DNA of 32,000 bases from Mycolicibacterium smegmatis. GTDB taxonomy: Bacteria; Actinomycetota; Actinomycetes; Mycobacteriales; Mycobacteriaceae. This document shows, piece after piece, positions 1 to 7,831 of the stretch. The notes beneath the pieces were generated by a model that searched no databases, was not told where the DNA came from, and saw nothing but the letters and a program-made list of their open reading frames with translations. The position numbers and the translations under genes are program-made. Each line of letters begins with the position of its first letter. Position 1 is the stretch's first letter. The stretch spans positions 1,620,001 through 1,652,000 of the forward strand of contig NZ_LN831039.1 of NCBI RefSeq assembly GCF_001457595.1, given 5' to 3'.

Positions 1-227
1 CGCAGCGCGGCCCATACCGACTGTTCTTCGCGCGGCGTGATCGTTGCAGAGGTCACCAAAACTCCGTTCGTACGAAAGGTATTGCCGCAACGAAGAATTG
101 GCCGTATCAATGAGCGACGATGCTCGCCGGCACCGTGCGTTCGGCAGCGCATCGAACTCTACCCCTGGGGGAGGGTTGCGCGCCAAATTGTCGGGTACCG
201 GTGTGCCCGAGCACACAGCGCGCCGCG

Positions 228-281
228 ATTTCTGCACCAGGGTCGTGGATCATCGGGTGAGCACAACCCTGGTGCAGAAAT
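228..281 (-). terminator. Perfect 16-bp inverted repeat; candidate tail-less intrinsic terminator of the fasciclin gene
   Basis: ATTTCTGCACCAGGGT (228-243) and ACCCTGGTGCAGAAAT (266-281) are exact reverse complements around a 22-nt loop. The repeat starts 12 nt beyond the TAG (296-294) of the minus-strand fasciclin reading frame. There is no U-tract, which is common for mycobacterial terminators. Confidence 0.45.
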
Positions 282-293
282 CGGCGGTTGGCG

Positions 294-896
294 CTATGCC
301 GGGGGCATCAGGACCGTGTCGACGAGATACACCGTGACGTTGGCCGTGCGCACACCACCGCACACCACGCATGCGTCGTTGACCTTGAGATCCTCACCCG
401 ATCCGGTCACCTGCACCGTGGCGCCCGCGACGGTCTGGTTGGTCACCGATCACGTCAGTTGGTGCGGCCTGGACCGGAACCACGTGGTAGGTAAGGATTT
501 TCGTCAACGTGGCGGAGTCGGTCTTGAGCGACTCGATGGTGGCCGGGTCGATCTTGGCAAACGCGTCGTCGGTGGGCGCGAACACCGTGAACTCACCGCT
601 GTCGAGCGTCTCGACGAGGTTCACCTGCGGATTCAGCTTGCCTGACAACGCCGAGGTCAATGTGGTGAGAAGCGGGTTGTTTGCGGCCGCCACCGTGACC
701 GGGTCCTGAGCCATGCCTGCATCCGATCCCGGGCCCGTGGGCACCTGCTCGGCATATCCCGCGCAGCCCGTCCGACCAGGTCAGCGGCGACAGGAACACT
801 GTTGGACATCGGCGTCGCGGCACTCGAACATGTGGACGGCCCGAGCACCGCCGCCGCCAGGCCTGCCACGACCGTGTACTGATTGCGCGTGACCAC
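294..896 (-). pseudogene. MPT83/MPT70-like fasciclin (FAS1) lipoprotein gene interrupted by two frameshifts
   Basis: Three minus-strand frame segments join into one MPT83-like protein. Segment 1 starts at GTG 896: VVTRNQYTVVAGLAAAVLGPSTCSS...AADLVGR (frame of ORF 657..1457). Segment 2 is [23 protein letters not shown]...[11 protein letters not shown]...[17 protein letters not shown] (ORF 394..744). Segment 3 is [49 protein letters not shown]-stop (TAG 296-294); it is absent from the ORF track because it has no start codon. The breaks lie at about 767-769 (a GGG run where GGGG would restore GRGCAGY) and about 444 (one extra G in GGT-G-ACC). Confidence 0.75.
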
Positions 897-1137
897 TGCC
901 TTGTGTCGCCGACGGCGGTCGCCGTGCTCTATCGGGCATTCGGAGTGGACGCTGTGCTGGATGGGTCGGATCGGAAAGTTCTTCGCAAACAGGTGACCGG
1001 TGTGTGTCGACCGCCGCTGGCCACCCCGCCGATGCGCGCGACATGGGCTTTCACTGTCGTCAGTTTCCCCGCAGCAACGCCCTCGCCGGTGTAGTCTCCG
1101 GGCGGATCTCCTTTGCGGAGACGGCACTTCGACGAGG

Positions 1138-3498
1138 ATGAGGGCGATGGCTGCGGAGTTCAACGGCAAGATCGAACTGGACATCAGGGATTCTGAGCCG
1201 GACTGGGGTCCGTTCGCGGCGCCGACCGCCGCCGAGGGTGCGCCGAACGTGCTGTATGTCGTGTGGGACGACATCGGCATCGCCACCTGGGACTGCTTCG
1301 GCGGTCTGGTCGAGATGCCTGCGATGAGCCGCATCGCCGAACACGGCGTGCGTCTGTCGCAGTTCCACACCACCGCGCTGTGCTCTCCGACGCGGGCCGC
1401 CCTGCTCACCGGCCGCAACCCCACCACGGTCGGCATGGCGACCATCGAGGAGTTCACCGACGGGTTCCCGAACTGCAGCGGACGTATCCCGTTCGAGACC
1501 GCACTGCTTCCCGAGGTGCTCGCCGAGAACGGCTACAACACCTACTGCATCGGCAAGTGGCACCTGACGCCTCTGGAGGAGTCCAATCTCGCGTCCACCA
1601 AACGCCACTGGCCGTGCTCGCGTGGCTTCGAACGGTTCTACGGATTCATGGGTGGCGAGACGGATCAGTGGTACCCCGACCTGACCTACGACAACCACCC
1701 CGTCGACCCGCCCGCGACGCCCGAAGAGGGCTACCACCTGTCAAAAGATCTGGCGGACAAGACCATCGAGTTCATCCGCGACGCAAAGGTGGTGGCGTCC
1801 GACAAGCCGTGGTTCACCTACCTGTGCCCGGGTGCGGGACACGCGCCGCACCACGTGTTCAAGGAATGGGCCGACCGCTACAAGGGCCGCTTCGACATGG
1901 GCTACGAGCGCTACCGCGAGATCGTCCTGGAGAACCAGAAGCGGATGGGACTGGTGCCGCCCGACACCGAACTGTCGCCGGTGAACCCCTACTCCGAGGT
2001 CACCGGACCGGACGGTCAGCCTTGGCCCGCGCAGGACACCGTGCGGCCGTGGGACAGCCTGTCCGATGACGAGAAGGCGCTGTTCTGCCGCATGGCCGAG
2101 GTGTTCGCGGGGTTCCTGTCCTACACCGACGCCCAGATCGGGCGGGTACTGGACTACCTGGAGGAATCCGGCCAGATCGACAACACCATCATCGTGGTGA
2201 TCTCCGACAACGGGGCCAGCGGCGAAGGCGGACCCAACGGTTCGGTCAACGAGACCAAGTTCTTCAACGGTTACATCGACACGGCCGAGGAAGGGCTGAA
2301 GTTCATCGACAAACTCGGTGGCCCGCAGACCTACAACCACTACCCGATCGGGTGGGCCATGGCGTTCAACACGCCCTACAAGTTGTTCAAGCGCTACGCC
2401 TCTCACGAGGGCGGTATCGCCGATCCGGCGATCATCTCCTGGCCCAAGGGAATCGCCGCCCGCGGTGAGGTCCGCGACAACTACGTCAACGTCTGCGACG
2501 TCACCCCGACGGTGTACGACATGCTGGGCATCACGCCACCGGCGACCGTGCGCGGCGTCCCGCAGAAACCCCTCGACGGCGTGAGTTTCAAAGCGGCACT
2601 GGCTGATCCTGATGCACCCACGGGCAAGGAGACCCAGTTCTACGCGATGCTGGGCACACGCGGCATCTGGCACAAGGGCTGGTTCGCCAACACCGTGCAC
2701 GCGGCAACCCCCTCGGGCTGGGGTCATTTCGCCGACGACCGCTGGGAGCTCTTCCACATCGACGCCGATCGCAGCCAGTGCCACGATCTGGCCGCCGAGC
2801 ACCCCGACAGGCTCGAGGAACTCAAGGCGTTGTGGTTCAGCGAGGCCGACAAGTACAACGGCCTGCCGCTCGGTGACCTGTCCATCCTGGAGACCACCAC
2901 GCGGTGGCGGCCCTACCTGACCGGTGAGCGCACCAGCTACACGTACTACCCGCACACCGCCGAGGTGGGCATGGGCGCGGTCGTCGAACTGCGCGGGCAG
3001 TCGTTCAAGGTGCTCGCCGAGGTCACCGTCGACAGCGCCGAGGCCCAGGGCGTGATCTTCAAGCACGGTGGCGCACACGGCGGCCACGTGCTGTTCATCG
3101 CCGACGGCCACCTGCATTACGTCTACAACTTCCTCGGTGAACGCGAGCAGGTGCTGTCCGCGCCGGACCCGGTTCCGTTGGGCCACCACATCTTCGGTGT
3201 GCGGTACGAGCGCACCGGAACCGTGCCGAACAGTCACACCCCGGTGGGTGTCGCGACGTTGTTCGTCGACGGTGGCGCGGTGGCCGACCTGGCCGACGTG
3301 CAGACGCACCCGGCCATCTTCGCGCTCGCCGGCGGCGGCATCGCCGTCGGACGCAACACCGGTTCGGGGGTGTCACGCAGCTATCGCGTGCCGTTCCCGT
3401 TCACCGGCGGTGAGATCGCCCAGGTCACGGTGGACCTGTCCGGCGAGCCGTACGAGGACCTCGTCACCAGGCGGGCCACGGCCTTCGCCAGGGATTGA
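1138..3498 (+). CDS. atsA: Type I arylsulfatase (AtsA-like)
   Basis: From ORF 1000..3498. Start placed at ATG 1138 (MRAMAAEFNGKIELDIRDSEPDW); ATG 1147 is equally possible. Sulfatase signature LCSPTRAALLTGRN (C-x-P-x-R formylglycine site) and GKWHL are present. Length is about 785 aa, like mycobacterial AtsA. Confidence 0.9.
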   Translation: MRAMAAEFNGKIELDIRDSEPDWGPFAAPTAAEGAPNVLYVVWDDIGIATWDCFGGLVEMPAMSRIAEHGVRLSQFHTTALCSPTRAALLTGRNPTTVGMATIEEFTDGFPNCSGRIPFETALLPEVLAENGYNTYCIGKWHLTPLEESNLASTKRHWPCSRGFERFYGFMGGETDQWYPDLTYDNHPVDPPATPEEGYHLSKDLADKTIEFIRDAKVVASDKPWFTYLCPGAGHAPHHVFKEWADRYKGRFDMGYERYREIVLENQKRMGLVPPDTELSPVNPYSEVTGPDGQPWPAQDTVRPWDSLSDDEKALFCRMAEVFAGFLSYTDAQIGRVLDYLEESGQIDNTIIVVISDNGASGEGGPNGSVNETKFFNGYIDTAEEGLKFIDKLGGPQTYNHYPIGWAMAFNTPYKLFKRYASHEGGIADPAIISWPKGIAARGEVRDNYVNVCDVTPTVYDMLGITPPATVRGVPQKPLDGVSFKAALADPDAPTGKETQFYAMLGTRGIWHKGWFANTVHAATPSGWGHFADDRWELFHIDADRSQCHDLAAEHPDRLEELKALWFSEADKYNGLPLGDLSILETTTRWRPYLTGERTSYTYYPHTAEVGMGAVVELRGQSFKVLAEVTVDSAEAQGVIFKHGGAHGGHVLFIADGHLHYVYNFLGEREQVLSAPDPVPLGHHIFGVRYERTGTVPNSHTPVGVATLFVDGGAVADLADVQTHPAIFALAGGGIAVGRNTGSGVSRSYRVPFPFTGGEIAQVTVDLSGEPYEDLVTRRATAFARD

Positions 3499-3540
3499 CG
3501 AACCTGAAGCGATGAACCCGGTCCCGCCTACCCTGAAGCC

Positions 3541-4431
3541 ATGCTGACGGAGCTTGTCGAGGTTCCCGGCGGCTCGTTCCGGATGGGGTCGACAAGCTTC
3601 TACCCCGAGGAAGCGCCGGTGCACACCGCGACGGTCGGGGATTTCGCGATCGAACGTCATCCGGTGACCAACGCGCAGTTCGCCGAGTTCGTCGAGGCCA
3701 CCGGGTATGTCACCGTGGCCGAACGGCCGTTGGATCCGAAGCTGTATCCCGGTGTGCCGGAAGCGGATCTGGTGCCGGGTTCCCTGGTGTTCCGGCCGAC
3801 GTCCGGGCCGGTGGACCTGCGGGACTGGCGGCAGTGGTGGGACTGGGCGCCGGGTGCGTGCTGGCATCACCCGTTCGGGCCGCGCCGCGAATTCTGCCGG
3901 CCCGATCATCCGGTGGTCCAGGTCGCCTACCCCGATGCGGTGGCCTACGCGACGTGGGCCGGACGCCGGTTGCCCACCGAGGCCGAGTGGGAGTACGCCG
4001 CACGTGGCGGACCGAAGGGCGGCGTGGGGTTCCTCTACGCCTGGGGCGACGAGGTGTGTCCGGACGGGCAACTCATGGCCAACACCTGGCAGGGAAAGTT
4101 CCCGTACCGCAACGACGGTGCACTCGGCTGGAAGGGGACGTCACCAGTCGGGACGTTCCCGCCGAACCGCCTCGGTCTGGTCGACATGATCGGCAACGTG
4201 TGGGAGTGGACGGCGACGAAGTTCTCGGCGCACCACCGACCGGGGGACGAATCTCACGTCACGTGCTGTCCGCCGCCGTCCGGTGGCGACCCCGGCGTCA
4301 ACCAGGTGCTCAAGGGTGGATCGCATCTGTGCGCGCCGGAGTACTGCCACCGATACCGCCCGGCGGCACGCTCACCGCAGTCGCAGGACAGCTCGACCAC
4401 CCACATCGGGTTCCGCTGCATCGTCTCCTGA
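3541..4431 (+). CDS. Formylglycine-generating enzyme (sulfatase-modifying factor family)
   Basis: Contains VPGGSFRMG, HPVTNAQFAEFVEATGY, WEYAARGG, NVWEWT and LKGGSHLCAPEYCHRYRPAARS, all typical FGE/SUMF1 motifs. It lies 42 nt downstream of the sulfatase whose CSPTR motif it would modify. Confidence 0.9.
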   Translation: MLTELVEVPGGSFRMGSTSFYPEEAPVHTATVGDFAIERHPVTNAQFAEFVEATGYVTVAERPLDPKLYPGVPEADLVPGSLVFRPTSGPVDLRDWRQWWDWAPGACWHHPFGPRREFCRPDHPVVQVAYPDAVAYATWAGRRLPTEAEWEYAARGGPKGGVGFLYAWGDEVCPDGQLMANTWQGKFPYRNDGALGWKGTSPVGTFPPNRLGLVDMIGNVWEWTATKFSAHHRPGDESHVTCCPPPSGGDPGVNQVLKGGSHLCAPEYCHRYRPAARSPQSQDSSTTHIGFRCIVS

Positions 4432-4454
4432 AAGAGTTCCCGCCGCAATCAGAT

Positions 4455-6083
4455 TCAGAAGATGATGATCGCGACCACGGTCGACAGGACCAGCCCTGCC
4501 ATCACCGGCAGGAAACACTTGCGGGCCAGGCTGAGCACCGGCACCCGGGCGAAGCCGGCGACGGCCACCAGCGACGACCACGCCACGAGCGTGCCGCCAC
4601 CCGACCAGATGTTGCCCATCTGACCGATCGCGGCCAGCGTCGACGGATCCATGTGCACCACCGGACCCAGCGCCCCGGACAGCGACCCGGTCAACGGCAG
4701 GCCACTGAAACCCGAGCCCTCCAGGCCGGCGATGAGTCCGACGAACAGCACCGCGAACGACGTGACGACGGGGTTCGGCGACAAATGCGACTGGGCGGCG
4801 GTGATCAGGTCGAACAGGAACGCCGGACCGGTGGCGTCGGCGGGCATGCCGAGGATGGCCGCCGAGAAGTCACCGTTGCCGATGAAGAAGAACCCTGCGA
4901 TGGGCAGCACGATGCCCATCGCCTTGAACGCGAACACCAGACCGTCGACGACGTGTTGCGACGAGGTCTCCAGGAAGTTGCGCTTGTCGTTGGTGGCCGC
5001 GGCGGCGAACAGCAGCATGGCGGCCAGGCCACCCACGATCGCCGCGGCGTCGCCGCCCTGGAGCGGGGGCACCACATTGGTGAACTTGCCGAGCAGCAGA
5101 TAGACGATGAACGCCAGGTACACCAGCGGGACCAGGAGTGCGAACACCTTCGCCGACAGTTTCTTCGGTTCCTGCTCACCGGTCTCGGCCCCGGTGTCCA
5201 CTATGGCCTCCACGATCACCGCGGCCTTCACTGCCTTCACGGTGGCCACGGCCGTGTCGCCGTCAGAGCGGGTGGGGCCGTCGGTGACCGTGGGTCCGGC
5301 GGGAGCGGGTTTGCGTCCGTTGGAGCCGGCCGTGGCGCTCGGACTGCCCGCCGGCCCGCCGCTCGGGGAATCCTCATCGTCGTCGCCGACACCTCGGCGC
5401 TCGGCCGCGTTCTCCCATTCGACAAGCAGTTCCGGTGACGGGTTGCGCCACGTGCGACGCTGCATGACGTAGGTGATCCCCAGCGCGGTCAACCCCACGA
5501 TGAGGGACAGCACCATGGCCTTGTCGGCAACCGAATCAGGGTCGACGCCAGCGGCTTTCGCGGAGATGCCGGGTGCGACCTTGATGATGTAATCCGACGA
5601 CAGGGCCATGCCCTGACCGGCGATCGCGATGACCATGCCCACCGACATCGGCGAGAGGCCCGCGCGGATCGCGACCGGGATGAGCACCGCGCCCACGAGC
5701 GGGACGGCAGGGGTGGGCCAGAAGAACAGCGAGATCACGTAGGTGACGATCGCGAGCACGATGAAACTGCTCGTCCCGGCGCGCATGACGCGGCGGAACG
5801 GGGTGACCATCATGCGGTCGGCGCCCATCTCGCGCAGCGCGCCCAGCATGGCCGTGACGATCGCGATGATCAGGAAGATGTTGAACAGTTCCTTGGCCGC
5901 GGTCAGGCTCGCGTTGAATATCGCCGACAGGCCGGTGATCAGGCTGCCCGAGAACGCCCAGGCAGTGAGCAGCGTTGCAGTTACCGCAGGCACGACGATG
6001 TTCTTGCGGACCGCCATCGTGAGCAGGATGACCACGATTCCGGCGAGGTATATCCAGTGCGCCGCGGTGAGTGGGGTGTCCAA
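4455..6083 (-). CDS. Polytopic permease, paralogue 1 (ion-transporter-superfamily-like, GntP/CitMHS-type architecture; family not securely assigned)
   Basis: 542 aa and hydrophobic throughout, with two multi-helix halves split by an acidic Pro/Gly-rich loop (GDDDEDSPSGGPAGSPSATAGSNGRKPAPAGP...). TTG start at 6083 is preceded by GAGAGG 7 nt upstream. About 40-50 percent identical by eye to the ORF at 16620..18140; shared strings include AAHW.YL, IAGQGMALSSDYI, APAFLFD, GLP.TGSL and GGGTLV.WSSL. Confidence 0.8.
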   Translation of the reverse strand: MDTPLTAAHWIYLAGIVVILLTMAVRKNIVVPAVTATLLTAWAFSGSLITGLSAIFNASLTAAKELFNIFLIIAIVTAMLGALREMGADRMMVTPFRRVMRAGTSSFIVLAIVTYVISLFFWPTPAVPLVGAVLIPVAIRAGLSPMSVGMVIAIAGQGMALSSDYIIKVAPGISAKAAGVDPDSVADKAMVLSLIVGLTALGITYVMQRRTWRNPSPELLVEWENAAERRGVGDDDEDSPSGGPAGSPSATAGSNGRKPAPAGPTVTDGPTRSDGDTAVATVKAVKAAVIVEAIVDTGAETGEQEPKKLSAKVFALLVPLVYLAFIVYLLLGKFTNVVPPLQGGDAAAIVGGLAAMLLFAAAATNDKRNFLETSSQHVVDGLVFAFKAMGIVLPIAGFFFIGNGDFSAAILGMPADATGPAFLFDLITAAQSHLSPNPVVTSFAVLFVGLIAGLEGSGFSGLPLTGSLSGALGPVVHMDPSTLAAIGQMGNIWSGGGTLVAWSSLVAVAGFARVPVLSLARKCFLPVMAGLVLSTVVAIIIF

Positions 6084-6167
6084 AGCGGGACCTCTCGTTG
6101 AACTGCTGGTGGGCTGTGCAGTCAGATGCTGGAATGTTCGGCGCGGTCACGGCCTGGGTCAACGACA

Positions 6168-6205
6168 ACAGTGCACAGCCGGAACTGTCAGGCCCTGTGC
6201 ACTGT
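6168..6205. promoter_or_regulatory. 11-bp perfect inverted repeat built on GTGCAC cores; candidate operator or 5-prime UTR hairpin
   Basis: ACAGTGCACAG (6168-6178) and CTGTGCACTGT (6195-6205) are exact reverse complements 16 nt apart. They lie in the divergent region between permease 1 and the MFS gene. A near copy, ACAGTGCACA, occurs at 16488-16497 upstream of permease 2. Confidence 0.4.
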
Positions 6206-6304
6206 GTTCCGATCTTGTCGATCGCATGGCGGGGCGTTACGGACCTGTAAAGGCTGTTACGTTTGACCGGGAGTCGCCGTGCACACCGCGACGACCGGGA
6301 TTTT

Positions 6305-6320
6305 TGTGCACTTTGACCCG
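6305..6320 (+). promoter_or_regulatory. Island box copy 1: TGTGCACTTTGACCCG
   Basis: Exact TGTGC-N3-TTGAC, 142 nt upstream of the MFS start at ATG 6455. It is one of four exact copies, all intergenic and all in the same orientation as the downstream gene. Confidence 0.55.
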
Positions 6321-6454
6321 AGCCCCGCGTAATGCGTTGTGCACCTTCACTTGACGGGAACCGCCAACACCGGGCCTCGCGGTGGGAGAGTGGCGGGCAG
6401 AGACATCCACGCGCACTCACCGATTCGTCAGCCAACAGGATGGTTACGCACAGC

Positions 6455-7831
6455 ATGACCGATGTTCGCCAGACGCCGACTCCCGACGCCGCGCCGCCCA
6501 CCGGCGCGGATACCGGTACGCCGCTGGGGCTCGCGGCGCTGCTCGCGGGCACGCTCGTGGGCACGGTCAGCAACAACGTCGTGAACGTCCCACTCGACGC
6601 GATCATCGGTGAGTTCGATGCTTCTTTGGGAAACGGCGTTTTCGTCGTGGTGGGCTTCCTGGTCTGTTTCGCCGCGACCATACCGTTGGCCGGATGGTTC
6701 GGCGACCGCTTCGGGCGCAGGCGGGTGTACTGCGCGGCGCTGCTCGCCACGGCGGTATGTGCTGTCGGCGCGGCGACCGCACCGTCGTTGCCGCTGCTGA
6801 TCGCATGGCGGTCGGTGGGTGGGGTTGCTGCGGCTGCGTTCGCTCCGGCCGTGATGGGACTGCTCGCGTGGATGTTCTCCGGTGCGCGCCGTGGCCGGGC
6901 CATGGGCGCGTGGGCATCGGTCAACGGTATCGGGCAGGCCGTGGGCCCGACCCTGGGCGGACTGGTGGCCGATCACTGGGGATGGCGCTGGATCTTCGTT
7001 CCCCTGGTCCCTGTCGCGCTCGCGGGTTTTGTCGGCACGCTGCGCTACGTACCGAAGTTCCCCGGCGCGAGGATGCGCTTCGACCTGGCCGGGGCGGCCG
7101 CGCTGACGTTCGGTTCGGCGCTGCTGATGCTCGGATTGGCCATCGTGCCGCAACCGAACGTGAGCGGCTGGGCCGCGGCGGGATCGGTCGCGCTCGGTGT
7201 CGTCGCACTGGTCTGGTTCTGCTTTCACTGTGCGCGCGTGCCCAATCCGTTCGTCAACGTTCGCCTGGTCACCGAATCGCGTTTTGCCAGAAGTGCTCTC
7301 GCGGCGTTTGCGCAGATGTTCTGCCTCGGGGCCACTCTGCTGGCCGTGCCGCTGTACCTCGTGGCGCATGCGGTTTCGATATCGACGGCCGGCCTGGTGC
7401 TGTTCACGGTGCCCGTCGCGATGGCCGTGCTGGGCCCGGTGGTCGGCCGCCGTCAGGACCGCCTGGGCCCCAGGCTCGTGCTGCGTGTCGGGCTCGTCGT
7501 GTTGCTGGCCGTGCAGATCGCCCTGGCCGTCACGGTTGCCCAGGACCGCCTGCTGCTCGGGGTGCTGATTGCTGCACTGGTGACGGCCGGGGTGGGGATC
7601 GCGCTGGTGCAGACGCCGGCGGCCACCGGGGCCACCCGCTCACCCGCGGGTGCGGAGGGGACCGGACTGGGGCTGTTCAACCTGGTGCGGTTTGCCGGAT
7701 CGGCCTGCGGTGCAGCGTGGGTCGCGGTCGCACTCTCGGGGCCCGCGTCGTTCCCCGGGGTGTTCATCGCGTCCGCGGTGATCGTGGCCCTCGGGCTGGC
7801 CGGGACGTTCTTCGGTCCCGACCCGGCCTGA
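6455..7831 (+). CDS. MFS transporter (drug:H+ antiporter-like)
   Basis: From ORF 6332..7831. Start placed at ATG 6455 (MTDVRQTP...); ATG 6440 is possible. MFS motif A is present as GWFGDRFGRRRVY, and the hydrophobic helices are spaced across the whole length. Confidence 0.85.
   Translation: MTDVRQTPTPDAAPPTGADTGTPLGLAALLAGTLVGTVSNNVVNVPLDAIIGEFDASLGNGVFVVVGFLVCFAATIPLAGWFGDRFGRRRVYCAALLATAVCAVGAATAPSLPLLIAWRSVGGVAAAAFAPAVMGLLAWMFSGARRGRAMGAWASVNGIGQAVGPTLGGLVADHWGWRWIFVPLVPVALAGFVGTLRYVPKFPGARMRFDLAGAAALTFGSALLMLGLAIVPQPNVSGWAAAGSVALGVVALVWFCFHCARVPNPFVNVRLVTESRFARSALAAFAQMFCLGATLLAVPLYLVAHAVSISTAGLVLFTVPVAMAVLGPVVGRRQDRLGPRLVLRVGLVVLLAVQIALAVTVAQDRLLLGVLIAALVTAGVGIALVQTPAATGATRSPAGAEGTGLGLFNLVRFAGSACGAAWVAVALSGPASFPGVFIASAVIVALGLAGTFFGPDPA

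Noticed and set aside
37-645. Plus-strand ORFs 37..645 and 44..337 at the left edge
   Set aside because: They overlap the fasciclin reading frames in antisense and a non-coding stretch. The products are Arg-rich with no motifs. The first 227 nt or so look intergenic, and I could not assign any gene or RNA there.
1741-3309. 522-aa minus-strand ORF
   Set aside because: It is entirely antisense to the well-supported arylsulfatase gene. The product is Arg/Gly/Val-rich low-complexity sequence with no recognisable motifs. This is a typical high-GC shadow ORF.
3834-5438. 534-aa plus-strand ORF
   Set aside because: It overlaps the FGE gene out of frame and is antisense to permease 1. Its Arg/Gly/His-rich composition shows no domain signature.
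5536-6924. 462-aa minus-strand ORF
   Set aside because: It overlaps permease 1 out of frame, the intergenic control region and the MFS gene in antisense. The sequence is Ala/Arg/Pro-rich and not protein-like.
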